47,863 bases of DNA from Carpediemonas membranifera BICM (Eukaryota > Protista > Fornicata), in contig JAHDYR010000055.1 in assembly GCA_019828565.1 (NCBI GenBank), forward strand, positions 1-47,863, read 5' to 3'. The translations under genes and the position numbers were made by a program. Positions within the stretch are counted from its first letter, which is position 1; each line of letters opens with the position of its first letter. This document shows, one piece after another, positions 1 through 10,037 of the stretch. The notes under the pieces were generated by a model. That model had not been told where the DNA came from, did not search any database, and saw only the letters and a list, made by a program, of their open reading frames with translations.

Positions 1-1140
1 AAAGACTGTTCTGAAACTCCGCAATACGTTACTTTACTCCCTCCTGTTCCAGTCTTGCGTTTACTGCGAGACTTGAGAGAGCAACCTGCTCGATGGCCAT
101 TCCACGTTCGTCGCTACTGTCATGCCACTGCCCCAGGTACCGCCTACTGACTGGGGTGTGTCGGCGGCGGCAGGGGGGCCTTCTCATCCGTGGACTGCCC
201 GGCCACCCTCACCTGCCCCTGGTATTCTCTGATCTCTGCTCGGTCTCTGCTCTTGATGTGCTGTTGTTGTCTGGTCTCAGCCTCTGAAAGGCAAAACTGT
301 CGGTCTAGTGTGGCCGCTGTGGTCCATGCACGCTGCTGAATCTGCTGGAGGTGCTGTTAGTATTTGTATGTTGCTGTTTGCTTTGGTCTCTGCATACCTT
401 TGAGGCATATCTGCATTTGGTCTCAGGATGTTCGTCGATGCACTGTCTCTGAAAGCTTCCCGGATGGTCTATGTTGGTCATATGGTTGCTTACTATAAAT
501 ATGTTCGTTATCTGCGGGCACTGTTTGTTTCTCTGTAATTCTCTGATACTTTTGCTGCGATTCTTCGTTGCCATTTTCGCCTGCATGGAAAAAAGTTGGC
601 TAATGTATCGTCCTGAAAATCGGTCAGCGTGGCCTTGTGCGGCTCCTGCAACTGTGTAGGGGTCTCAGTTTTCTTCTTTTCTCTGGTTCGGCCGTAAACT
701 GCGTTACGGCGAAATGGCGCACTGTCCAAAAATGCACGCTGATTTTCTCGCTGGGTGGTCTCGGGATTTTAGGACTGACTTCACTCCAGGTAGTGCCTAC
801 ATGAGGGCTATCTTTGGTCTCTGTGCCTCTGCTTGATCACTCCTCCTTCACCGTGAACGTGCCAAAAACCAAAAGTGGTCGCGGCTTCTCGGTGTTCTCT
901 GTGGGTTTCCCTGCTTTCTCTGTTAAATCTCTGTTCATTATCCTCTTATAGTGTCTCTGTGTTGGGCGTGGAGCTCCCACTCGCGCCCGGCGGGGATCCA
1001 TGAATGCACCTTTGAGTTTGGCGGACAGGAAGCTGAGGCCGCTCCTTCTGAGCTGATGGGGGCGCTGTACCAGTTTACTGGGACAGGCCGTTGGCCTTTT
1101 ATCCATCCCCGAACATAGTCTTTCGACTTAGCTGAATTCG

Positions 1141-3273
1141 ATGGCGGACTGTTGTTTTAAGCCTTGCGCCAGGAGACATGATGATGTCGCTAGATCTCCA
1201 TGCAGGCTACCACCACGTGTCCATTCACCCATCATCGCAGTCCCTCCTAGGCTTTATTCACCGCGGCGTCCACTATCAGTTCACAGTCCTCCCATTCGGA
1301 TGGTCCGCGGCGCCATTCTACTTCCAGAAGATCATGATTACCGTAGCGAAGATTATCAAGCGCCATTGCCGCGGTGTAGGAGTTGCCGTCTATCTGGACG
1401 ACCTTCTATTCTTCGGGAAGAAGAAGGCCCTTCTGCGCGAGCGCCAGCGCCTCCTGGACATCATGAATCAGCTAGGCTTTATCATCAACCACGACAAGTC
1501 AGTCCTAGAGCCCACCACAGTCCTGACATACCTCGGCATGCGCATCGACTCAGCTGCTCGGGTCATTTCCCTAGACTCGAAGAAGCGCAGCAGATACCGC
1601 CAATTGGTCGAGAGTGCGCTGATAGAAGGCAATATGAGCAACAAGAGGTGGCAATCCATCATCGGGAAGCTATCCTTCGCATCTCTGTGCTTCCCCGACG
1701 GCCGCGCATGGCTGAGACCTCTTCAGACAGCCACCGAGACGGAGAAAGGCTTTACGAAAGCCGTCCTCAAGGCCCTATCGTACTGGAAGCAACTGCTGAG
1801 CAGCGAAGATCATCCTCCCCGCTCCTTCGACTCCCTGATCAGCATGTGGGGCGCAAGCCCGGCAATCGACATCCTCATCCAGTCGGACGCCTCAGAAAAG
1901 GGCTTAGCTGCCATTATCAGGGACGGCTGCAAGCAGACGATCGTATCCTCCTCCGTCTCCCCCAACAGCCCGCTCCAGAACGAGTCCATTGCGGTGAAAG
2001 AGTTCTTTGCGGCGACGAACGCCGTGGTGACGCTCCTTCCACATCTAACGGACAGGGAGATCACCGTATTCATCGACAACAGCAACGCCTGCGCCTGGTT
2101 GAACAAGCAGGGATCAACGCGAGCCCCGCCGATGATCCAGGACGCTTGTCTCACCCTCTTTTCCCGCTTGGCCGCCTGCCAGATCACACTGAGAGCCCAG
2201 CACGTCAGCGGGCACCTCAATGTCTCCGCAGATGCTCTGTCGAGATACCAGCGACTGGAATGGCGGACACCACGAGGGATCCTCGCTGCCATACTGGAGG
2301 AGTGGGGCCCTCTCGAGGTCGACGTGACTGGTGGGAGGGACAAGGAGTTACTACTTCCCGGCTTCGTCGAGCGTTCGCTCACGCTGGCCGAGAGCGGCAT
2401 GAGCTCGGAGTGGCGCAGCAAGAGAGTCTTCGCAGCACCACCATACGCCCTTCTTCCAGCCGTAGCCAACCGACTGGCCCTCATTCGCGCCTCACCAGCC
2501 TCACATCCGAGGCATACCAAGTCTGCAGTGGTCGTGGTGATGCCCGACGCCCAGTCCGAGGCGGTACGCCGCATCAAGGGCCTCTCCCCCTTCAAGAGAA
2601 CGTTCAGGGTCTACGCGGAGGACATGAAGGACTCAGAGCTCCAGAACATCCTCGTGGGGGAAAAGCCGCGGCTCCTCGCCGTCTTCGTGCCGACGACGCC
2701 GCTTTCAACGCAGTACTAGGTCTAGACGAGCTCAAAGGCTACGTGGCAACGACCAGGCGTGACACGGCGGGTGTCGTCTCCCAGTTCCTGACCTTCCGAG
2801 AGGCCAACCCGGCATCGGACCGCGACACATTCCTGGCGTGGCTCGCTCGCGAGGCTGAGCTAGTAGGCCCAGACCGTCTGGCGCACCGGGGCTCGCTGGT
2901 GGTAAGGTTTGCACCCCTGGTATCAACGTGGGCACCCCCAGCTGCTCAAAAGGCATTCATCACCGAAGCGAAGCGCGCTACAGTCCCCAGGCCGCAACGC
3001 AAGGTCCCAGTGCGGGCTGCACGCATCCACCGCCTGATCCCCAAACTCGCCGGCCGCGACGAGGAGTTCCACCAAGCCTTCTTATTCGGCGTCGTTGCCT
3101 ACGCAACAATGTCGAGGCGCAGTGAGATCCTACCCCTCACTCCTCGGGATATCAGGGTGAAAGCAGGACTCGGCGTCTCTATCACCATCGACTCCACCAA
3201 GACAGGGCTTCGCGCAGTTAAGAAGTTCATCCCGTGGGTCGAAGGCGCGCTCAATCCGGCAGGGATGCTCACA
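1141..3273 (+). mobile_element. DIRS-type YR retrotransposon fragment 1, truncated at both ends
   Basis: RT-RNase H ORF overlapped by a second long open frame ending in a YR domain. The RT starts mid-domain and the YR is cut at ~3273. Boundaries approximate. Confidence 0.85.
1178..2719 (+). CDS. DIRS-type reverse transcriptase-RNase H with degenerate methyltransferase-like tail (N-terminus missing)
   Basis: SLDLHAGYHHV, LPFGWSAAP, YLDD, YLG; RNase H SDAS, KE, IDN, HVSGHLNVSADALSR; tail EEWGP...W...FAAPPY. Confidence 0.9.
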   Translation: MMMSLDLHAGYHHVSIHPSSQSLLGFIHRGVHYQFTVLPFGWSAAPFYFQKIMITVAKIIKRHCRGVGVAVYLDDLLFFGKKKALLRERQRLLDIMNQLGFIINHDKSVLEPTTVLTYLGMRIDSAARVISLDSKKRSRYRQLVESALIEGNMSNKRWQSIIGKLSFASLCFPDGRAWLRPLQTATETEKGFTKAVLKALSYWKQLLSSEDHPPRSFDSLISMWGASPAIDILIQSDASEKGLAAIIRDGCKQTIVSSSVSPNSPLQNESIAVKEFFAATNAVVTLLPHLTDREITVFIDNSNACAWLNKQGSTRAPPMIQDACLTLFSRLAACQITLRAQHVSGHLNVSADALSRYQRLEWRTPRGILAAILEEWGPLEVDVTGGRDKELLLPGFVERSLTLAESGMSSEWRSKRVFAAPPYALLPAVANRLALIRASPASHPRHTKSAVVVVMPDAQSEAVRRIKGLSPFKRTFRVYAEDMKDSELQNILVGEKPRLLAVFVPTTPLSTQY

Positions 3274-3399
3274 TGCTGCGTTTTCCGGTACTCTAACCGG
3301 GACTTAAAGTCCCAGAATCAAGTCCCGGAATCCTTGATTGATTTTGATCGATGTCGTCGGATCATCCCCAAAGTGGGTGACAGTCTTCTACTAGCCTAG
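2701..3399 (+). pseudogene. Tyrosine recombinase, C-terminally truncated (3' part of ORF 1141..3399)
   Basis: YATMSRRSEI (catalytic R) and STKT align by eye with the other YRs in the window. HxxR and catalytic Tyr are missing; the sequence diverges after LNPAGML. Confidence 0.8.
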
Positions 3400-3785
3400 T
3401 TCTACCTCTGGAAACATTATTAGCGCATGTCGATGTCACAAAAAATATTTATGATCGTTTTCCGTATCGTCAGTGCAGGATAAGGTCGCATGACTTGGCC
3501 AAAGTCGCTCTTCAGAACTCGATCGTCTGACACATACAAACGCTAAAAGTGGTTGGCAAAGATGCATTAGACCTTGTATATGACGTGTATAGACAAAATT
3601 TCGGGTGTTGCACTGTCACCTCTGAGGGGTATCCTCTCAAAAAGTGTTGAAACTCCTACTGTAACATCCCCTTGCTGTCCTAGCAACGGAATAGTACTTT
3701 ATTTACTTCAACTTTATCCCATTCGATAAAGAAAAAGTCAAATTGTGTGAGCAATCTTCAACCTTAAAGTGCACATACAGGCATC

Positions 3786-4832
3786 ATGGAAAAGACCCAA
3801 AAACGAGAAATCCTGATTGCAATTGCAAAAGAAGTATTCTACTTTCAACGCGATTGTGCTCAAGCCATGCCTGTTGCGGTTTCAGAGGTGTGCTGGGCTA
3901 TTCTGCCAGATGATATCCGAGCTCTCTACAAGAAGAAGCAAGCAATGGCTTGTTCTCTTCGTCATGCCCTTATCCACGCTCTGGATGGACTCGCCCCCTC
4001 GTCTTACCAGATCAACACCGAGGGTAAGGTCAAGGGTGTGTTCCTCAAGGACTTCGGCGAGATCAACCTATCAAGGCTGCAGGACAACCTGCAGGCAGCA
4101 TCAGGTACCACTAGCACTGTGGTATGGCAGCCTCCGGTTTCGCGCTACATCAGCATCCCCTTCCAGACCTATTCGAAGAAGAAGGACAAGAGGGCTCGGA
4201 AACAGTCTCAACCCGCCCCTCAGTCGGTCGTAACTGTTCGTGACAATCTGGCCAGTGAACACAGACAGCGGGAAGCAGCGCACATCGACCAAGTCGCTTC
4301 CCAATTTTCCACATGTGTGGCGCAGGCAACGGCACTTATCCAGACAGGAATGAACCGGCGCCACGCACTCGACAACTTCACTTATCAGCAGCTACGAAAC
4401 TCATTGCGCATGTGTTGTGGGGTCTGTCACGATCCGATGAATCTGCTGCTGAAGATTGAGGACGACAACTCCCTGCAGTGCCAACAATGCGAGAGGTACT
4501 TCCATTATAGCTGTGTCAGTGGCTACTTGGAGGAGCGAATGGCATACCCGGCATCTAACAGGGCCGATAAGCAGAAGATATCCATCTGCGATGACTGTAA
4601 GGCAATCAATGGTAACGACGAGTGCTTTCATCGTACACCTCCAACCGAGACCACCCAAGCAGCGGACTGTGGTAGAAGTATTAAGGATGGACCCAGCATG
4701 CTCTGCTACTTTTGTTCCAACTGGTTCTGTCCGGATCATATCGCGGACACCGTTTTTGACACTGGAACTGACATGTTGAAGCGTCCTTCTCGTCGTAACA
4801 GCGCGTACCAAGAGGCAAGAAACAATACGTGA
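3786..4832 (+). CDS. PHD-finger protein; probable N-terminal part of the family A polyprotein
   Basis: CGVC...CQQC-x4-H-x2-C...CDDC (C4HC3) plus a second Cys/His cluster CYFC-x4-CPDH. Overlaps the next ORF by 4 nt. Confidence 0.7.
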   Translation: MEKTQKREILIAIAKEVFYFQRDCAQAMPVAVSEVCWAILPDDIRALYKKKQAMACSLRHALIHALDGLAPSSYQINTEGKVKGVFLKDFGEINLSRLQDNLQAASGTTSTVVWQPPVSRYISIPFQTYSKKKDKRARKQSQPAPQSVVTVRDNLASEHRQREAAHIDQVASQFSTCVAQATALIQTGMNRRHALDNFTYQQLRNSLRMCCGVCHDPMNLLLKIEDDNSLQCQQCERYFHYSCVSGYLEERMAYPASNRADKQKISICDDCKAINGNDECFHRTPPTETTQAADCGRSIKDGPSMLCYFCSNWFCPDHIADTVFDTGTDMLKRPSRRNSAYQEARNNT

Positions 4833-7750
4833 ACAACTGTAAGACCTTCTTTTACACGGTAACAAGCATCCCCACGCTAAGATCCATCACATGTGTTTCT
4901 GGCCCAACCATAACCGTTCGCTTTTGGTGCGACCTCATTTCGGAGTTCGCCATCCTGTTGCATTGCCACTACAACACTTCCAGCATCAAAAAACATGCCA
5001 AGAACCTTGATACTGCATGCCCACTCATCCATGCTGTCTTCAAGCAGCTCTTCGTCGATCGCGTCGACATCATCGACGCATTTGATCCCGACACACTTGA
5101 CTTTGTCGTCGATGATGCCCCCTCCACCACGCAACTACCGTCCCCTGAGATCCAACCGCCCAGCAGTCCTGTCCCCATGCCCTCGCCTGCCCCAACATCT
5201 CAACCGAGCATCGCAACCCCTGCGCCGCACCTTGCTGTCCTCCATAACGCCACGACCGACCGTCCCACGCATTCCCACGGTCCTCTTAGTGCCAAAGAAG
5301 CCCTGGCTGTTGGCAAACGCAAACCTGCTAAGCAGGCTCAAGTACGTTTTGCCGATGAGTTTATCGCCCTTCTCAACAGCTACAACGATTCCGAAGAGGA
5401 CTGCCGAGCAGGTAAGCTGCAAATGATCCTCAGCTACCCACTGACGCTGCACACTCCTACCACTGCCACCAAAATGCCAACAACAGCAGCCGTTTCCGCG
5501 TCCAAGCAGGCCCTCATCATGTGCCAGCGCGGTTTCTACGCAAAGGCCCTGCAGTGCCTTACCGCCACGCGCGTAGCGCTTGCCGATGACGAAATCGACG
5601 CCGCGTTCACCCGCCTCCTCCCCGTGCCCGCCACCCCGCTCCATCCTCTGACCGACATTGGTGCGTCACCGACGACGCCCCTGCGCCACATCGAGGTGTC
5701 CGCCAACGCCATCGGCCCAGTTATCCACCGCACCCGCTTCGACTCAGCGCCCGGGCCCTCTGGTCTCTCCTTCCTACACCTTAAGACAATGCTGCGCGCC
5801 CGCGGCAAGCTCTCCAGATCCCTTGTCCCCCTGATCCAAGATATTGTCAACGGCGAGCCTTGGACGGCCGCCCTCGCCCACGCCATACTTGTCCCCGTGC
5901 CCAAGAATTCCGCAACAGACATCCGCCCCATCGCGATTGGCGAGTCCCTCCGCCGCATCGCTGGCCGCATACTTGCCAAGGCCGTCCGCGACCGCCTGGT
6001 GAAGGACAAGATTTTCGTTGACCAATATGGCCTCGGTGAGAAATGTGGCGCCGAGCTCATGATCGCCAAAATGCGCGCCCTCCGCGCCAAAGGACAAACA
6101 ATCGCTGCCTTTGACCTCACCAACGCATACGGCACGGTTTCGCGCCCCTATCTCCTCAGAGTCGTTGAAGAATATGCCCCTGTTGCCTCTGGCTATCTCC
6201 ACACCATGTACGAGAATGGTAACCTACACGCCACCACTGGAAGCACCTTCTCCTCAGACGAAGGCATCCAACAAGGCTGTCCCGTCTCTCCACTCGCCTT
6301 CTCACTGGCCATGATGCCGATCCTGGCCCAACTACGCCGTAAGTTCCCTCCCATCACCTGGCTCGCCTACCAGGACGACCTATACGCAATAGGCACCGAT
6401 TTACCAAGCACTCTGGAGCCCGCTGTTGCCACCGCGGTCGCAGCAGCGGGAATGACCCTGAACAGCGCCAAGACCATCTGGTCTGGCCCCAGCGAAGACG
6501 CCTACCCACTCAAGATCCCCCTGGGTGCAGACAGCTTCATCCAGGCCAAGTGGCAGGTCCTAGCCAGTAAGGTCAGCAACCGCCTTGCCGCCCTTGATGC
6601 CTGGCTGGATGCTGAAGGGCCAAACTCCGCACAATACGGCTTTATCATCCTCCGCACGTGTATTCTGCCCATGCTGAACCACTTCATGCGGGCTGTTCCG
6701 CCCTCCCATGCCCATCTAGCCGACACTTTCGAGACCAACCACATATGGCCCACCATGTCTCGCATCATCGCCGCCCCGGACGAGGCCAGAGCGCACGTCA
6801 TGTGGCGCGCCGGCCTCGACAGTCACGCAGGCCTCGGCCTCGCACTCCCAAGCGCAGTATGGCACTCCGCCTACCTCGGCAGCTGCGCTGCCATTGCAGA
6901 CCAAACTGCCAATGAGATAGACCCCTCCGCCTTCGCTGTCCAGTGCAAGGACTGGCCCAAATCAGTCAAAGAGGTCAAGGACAAGCCCAACCCCCAGCAC
7001 TACTTAACCAAACTTCTGCGGCAGCAAGCCGCGGCTCAGCTGGGGGAGCAGCCACTCCCCGACCTTCACCCCCTCATCTTCACGATCCCCTACCCCCTCC
7101 ATGCCGATGCGGAAACCGAACTCCCACCTGGTGCCACCTTCCAGGCCCTTGCCAAGCGCCAGGTCGGCCTGCCTGCCTTCAACACCGGCGACCTGCCCCA
7201 ATGCCCCATGTGTAGCAAGCCCCACCCTGATACTGAGCATCTGCTCGGCTGCCAGAACCTCCCGAACGGTCTCCGCAAGCGCCGCCACGACGACATGCGC
7301 GATGCCGCTCTCACCCTCCTCCGCCGCGAAGGCGTCCCCGTCCACAAAGAGCAAAACCTCCAGCTCTTCCCGGCTGTCGAGCTTGTCGACGCACCCATCA
7401 ACCCGAACGCCGATATCCCTGCCGACCTGCTCATCACCCCGCCAAGCGCCATGCCCACCGTCGTCGACCTGCGCGTCACCAACTACCGGTCGAGTGCGTA
7501 CTCGGACAAGACACGCCATTACCGTGACTACCGCGTGACGGTCCTCCCAGCCATCTCGTCAATCTACGGCGAGACGGCCGTTACGAAGACCAGCGGCGCG
7601 AAGAAGGAGCGCCCCTGCTGGATCGCATCGCTCGCCGGCATCTGCGGCCTGTCCGAAGGCGCGACCGCCACCCTCCGCCGCGATGTCGCCCTCGCCCACT
7701 GGAACGGCAACGTTGCAGTCTGGGCCTCGATTCCCTTCCCACGCTCATAA
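4829..7750 (+). CDS. Reverse transcriptase + CCHC knuckle + restriction-like endonuclease (CRE-like)
   Basis: SAPGPSGL, RPIAIGESLRR, DLTNAYGTVSR, GIQQGCPVSP, YQDD; CPMC...EHLLGC; RHD; PAD...VVD. Confidence 0.92.
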   Translation: MNNCKTFFYTVTSIPTLRSITCVSGPTITVRFWCDLISEFAILLHCHYNTSSIKKHAKNLDTACPLIHAVFKQLFVDRVDIIDAFDPDTLDFVVDDAPSTTQLPSPEIQPPSSPVPMPSPAPTSQPSIATPAPHLAVLHNATTDRPTHSHGPLSAKEALAVGKRKPAKQAQVRFADEFIALLNSYNDSEEDCRAGKLQMILSYPLTLHTPTTATKMPTTAAVSASKQALIMCQRGFYAKALQCLTATRVALADDEIDAAFTRLLPVPATPLHPLTDIGASPTTPLRHIEVSANAIGPVIHRTRFDSAPGPSGLSFLHLKTMLRARGKLSRSLVPLIQDIVNGEPWTAALAHAILVPVPKNSATDIRPIAIGESLRRIAGRILAKAVRDRLVKDKIFVDQYGLGEKCGAELMIAKMRALRAKGQTIAAFDLTNAYGTVSRPYLLRVVEEYAPVASGYLHTMYENGNLHATTGSTFSSDEGIQQGCPVSPLAFSLAMMPILAQLRRKFPPITWLAYQDDLYAIGTDLPSTLEPAVATAVAAAGMTLNSAKTIWSGPSEDAYPLKIPLGADSFIQAKWQVLASKVSNRLAALDAWLDAEGPNSAQYGFIILRTCILPMLNHFMRAVPPSHAHLADTFETNHIWPTMSRIIAAPDEARAHVMWRAGLDSHAGLGLALPSAVWHSAYLGSCAAIADQTANEIDPSAFAVQCKDWPKSVKEVKDKPNPQHYLTKLLRQQAAAQLGEQPLPDLHPLIFTIPYPLHADAETELPPGATFQALAKRQVGLPAFNTGDLPQCPMCSKPHPDTEHLLGCQNLPNGLRKRRHDDMRDAALTLLRREGVPVHKEQNLQLFPAVELVDAPINPNADIPADLLITPPSAMPTVVDLRVTNYRSSAYSDKTRHYRDYRVTVLPAISSIYGETAVTKTSGAKKERPCWIASLAGICGLSEGATATLRRDVALAHWNGNVAVWASIPFPRS

Positions 7751-7906
7751 CCGACACTGGCTCCAACTCCGATCGGGTTTCACACTGCACCACCCAGCCA
7801 CACACTGCCCGCGCCCAAGCCCGCCACACACGCGTCACCTGACGCCGAGAGTAGTTCCGAATTCTCGCGCCAGGGCGCTCGGATTCTCCCCCACCCTCCC
7901 ACGTAA

Positions 7907-7944
7907 CGACTTGCAGTCGACTACGGTCGAAGTCTCCAATTGAT
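7907..7944. repeat. 38-bp direct repeat (second copy 8222-8259; first 30 bp also at 12547-12576)
   Basis: CGACTTGCAGTCGACTACGGTCGAAGTCTCCAATTGAT read at both positions. Confidence 0.95.
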
Positions 7945-7987
7945 TAGATCAAATTTATACCCGAGATTGATGGGAAACATGCTCTGA

Positions 7988-8251
7988 CCTCCAGGCTCTC
8001 CAGTGTCACGGGGGGCTGTGCGTCGCCCATCTTCTCGGAACTACCGGGGAATGGGGTTTTAACCCCTTGGTAAAATTGGTCTGAACTGGACCGTAGATTT
8101 GATTCGAATATTTGGTCAATATTCGATCTCTCTCGAATATTTGTACCAGATGGCCGGTAGTCCATCTGGGCCTGTACCACGCCCCGAGGCGTACTTACGC
8201 ATCGCGTCTACGACGGTATGCCGACTTGCAGTCGACTACGGTCGAAGTCTC
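7988..8251 (-). repeat. 264-bp direct repeat of the 5' end of YR element 2 (12313-12576); candidate split-direct-repeat A2
   Basis: Appears identical by eye; both copies encode MVQAQMDY...TLESLE. Confidence 0.9.
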
Positions 8252-8623
8252 CAATTGATGTATCCCGCCATCATATAATAAAAATTTTCTCTTCAGAAAT
8301 TATTTCTCTGGTCTCCTGTGCCTCCCAGCATGCCATTGATGCCCATCTCTCAGGCACATATTTTCACAGCCTGATAGTCATTCTTTGTGCGCGGTTTTGG
8401 CCATTTCCATCGCCGGCATTTTCTCACTCTCTCCGGCCAATTCTTCGATAGTCTTCGATATATCGATCTTATTAACCATTAGTGACAATCTGCTGCGGTT
8501 TCTCCTTTCTCCCGCCTTCTCTTCTGCTCTCTATCATATCTTTAACTCTTACATGGCCTATTGTACAGTCTAATGGGGCCTTATGCAATCATATTCTATG
8601 TATTATCCGTCTTTCTCGTCCTT

Positions 8624-9901
8624 CTACACCCAAGCGCTCGTGGAGAGGCGCACGGCTTCACTGACGTAGGTCTGCATCGAGTCGAGCTGTTTCCAGCCCC
8701 CGATTGCTTGGATCACTGCTGGGGCTACACCTAGCTTCATCATGTGGACTGCGCCTCCTCTCCGGAATGAGTGGCCCGACGCGCGCAGCACCTCCTCTAG
8801 GTCCATGGACATCTCCCATCTTCTCCAAGGGTGGTCTCTGTTCATCAGGGAGGACCTGTTGTCCTTGATCAGCGCGTCCCTGGCCTCGAATGAGCGCCAC
8901 AGGGGTCCTTCATCTGGGAGGTTTTCCATATGTCTCGCAAGCCAGTCTGCCGGGTTGTCGTCTCCGGGGACGTTAGGGACCAGCTTTAGCATGGGTTCAT
9001 CCGATGTCTTGGAGCGTCGTATGGTGATGGTGATGTCCCTGCCGTGTCGTTCGACGTCTGATGTTGAGAGCCCCCGTATCTCCCCCGACCGAGATATTGT
9101 CGCGAACCCGACCAGCCCGAAAGCTATTGCTTGAGTCAATGCTGGTGTGGCGCTCTTGCCTGCTTGCACCGCGGCCTGTGACAGGGTCTCCCTGGCTATT
9201 GGCCATGCTTTCCCTGTTCGACGCTGGCTTGACGTTGGGCACCTTCCAGCCAATCTGCCACAGGCCTTGATCAGGGCCCGGTGGAGTGGTGGGCATTCTA
9301 TGGGTTCGCCCAATGCGGTCATTCCATCTCTGATGTTTGCCTCCTTCGTTAGCAGTGAGTCTTTGGCGAGGAAGGGCACCTCCCCTATCATGTACCATAG
9401 CAGTGTGTCGTCATCATCCCCCGCGATTGCCACCTCCTCGAACTCTTGCACCCACTTCTGGTCATGGATTTTCTCGTGGGCTTGTCGTACGATCTCCCAT
9501 GCAGCTTCCCGTGGGGTTGGTGCCGGGTCGTCATTTTGTCCGAGGTAGGCCTCGAAGTCCGAGTCATCTGGTTCTCTGGTCATGTTGCGGAAGAATGTGA
9601 ACTTTGCGGTCTCTGTTGCAATTCGATCACGCGTCACCTTCTCGAGGCGGAGCAGGAGCGGGCTGGACGCGACCTTTCTCTCGACGTCCTCGTTCTTAGG
9701 ACGGCTAGCCCGGGACCATATTATCTGCGTTCTGGTTCTGTCGGGTGTCACGCCTGCGGCTCTAAGTGCTCGGTGTCGCGCTTGCACTGCTGATGCTGAT
9801 AGGAAGATTCCGAGGCTGACGTCATCACCGGGACCCAGTACGCCCTGAAGGGAATGTGTGTCTTGCCCTCGAACAGTACCGCCAACTCCGTGTCTGCCCA
9901 C
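8624..9901 (-). CDS. Tyrosine recombinase
   Basis: ISRSGEI, RSKT, GHSFRRGGA, GGW, MQTY (R-K-HxxR-W-Y set). Confidence 0.92.
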   Translation of the reverse strand: MGRHGVGGTVRGQDTHSLQGVLGPGDDVSLGIFLSASAVQARHRALRAAGVTPDRTRTQIIWSRASRPKNEDVERKVASSPLLLRLEKVTRDRIATETAKFTFFRNMTREPDDSDFEAYLGQNDDPAPTPREAAWEIVRQAHEKIHDQKWVQEFEEVAIAGDDDDTLLWYMIGEVPFLAKDSLLTKEANIRDGMTALGEPIECPPLHRALIKACGRLAGRCPTSSQRRTGKAWPIARETLSQAAVQAGKSATPALTQAIAFGLVGFATISRSGEIRGLSTSDVERHGRDITITIRRSKTSDEPMLKLVPNVPGDDNPADWLARHMENLPDEGPLWRSFEARDALIKDNRSSLMNRDHPWRRWEMSMDLEEVLRASGHSFRRGGAVHMMKLGVAPAVIQAIGGWKQLDSMQTYVSEAVRLSTSAWV

Positions 9902-10037
9902 CAGTGGGCTGGTAGCGATGCGTTGACTGTCTCCTGTGCGACTCGGATAAGGCGCAAGTCGATGTTCGTCTGCCTGACTGGGGCGATAACTAGGATTCCT
10001 GACTGTTGTTGACTGGGATGTCTCTCTTCTCGTTGGT

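Larger units (their letters stand above)
3274..7906 (+). mobile_element. CRE-like RLE non-LTR retrotransposon, family A
   Basis: Zn-finger ORF, RT-CCHC-RLE ORF and ~155-nt 3' UTR. The 5' boundary is inferred only from where the YR breaks. Confidence 0.75.

Noticed and set aside
3653-3670. Similarity to 28745-28764 (CTCC-TACTGT-AACATCCC)
   Set aside because: Short, needs two indels, and has no shared context; likely chance.
7945-7988. Possible intron start (GAG|GTCAGA...CTAAT) where the 264-bp repeat diverges from the gag ORF
   Set aside because: No acceptor followed by the continuing gag sequence; better explained as a repeat boundary.
7907-8259. 38-bp palindromic repeats as a CRISPR array
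   Set aside because: Only two adjacent copies, 277 bp apart; no cas genes; eukaryotic TE context.
8658-8900. Numerous short overlapping or antisense ORFs in the track (example shown)
   Set aside because: Expected shadow ORFs of GC-rich coding sequence; no motifs.
8624-9901. YR genes as phage or bacterial integrases
   Set aside because: Where their context is intact they overlap or adjoin DIRS-type RT-RNase H sequence, and the orphan ones are close homologues; no prokaryotic gene context.
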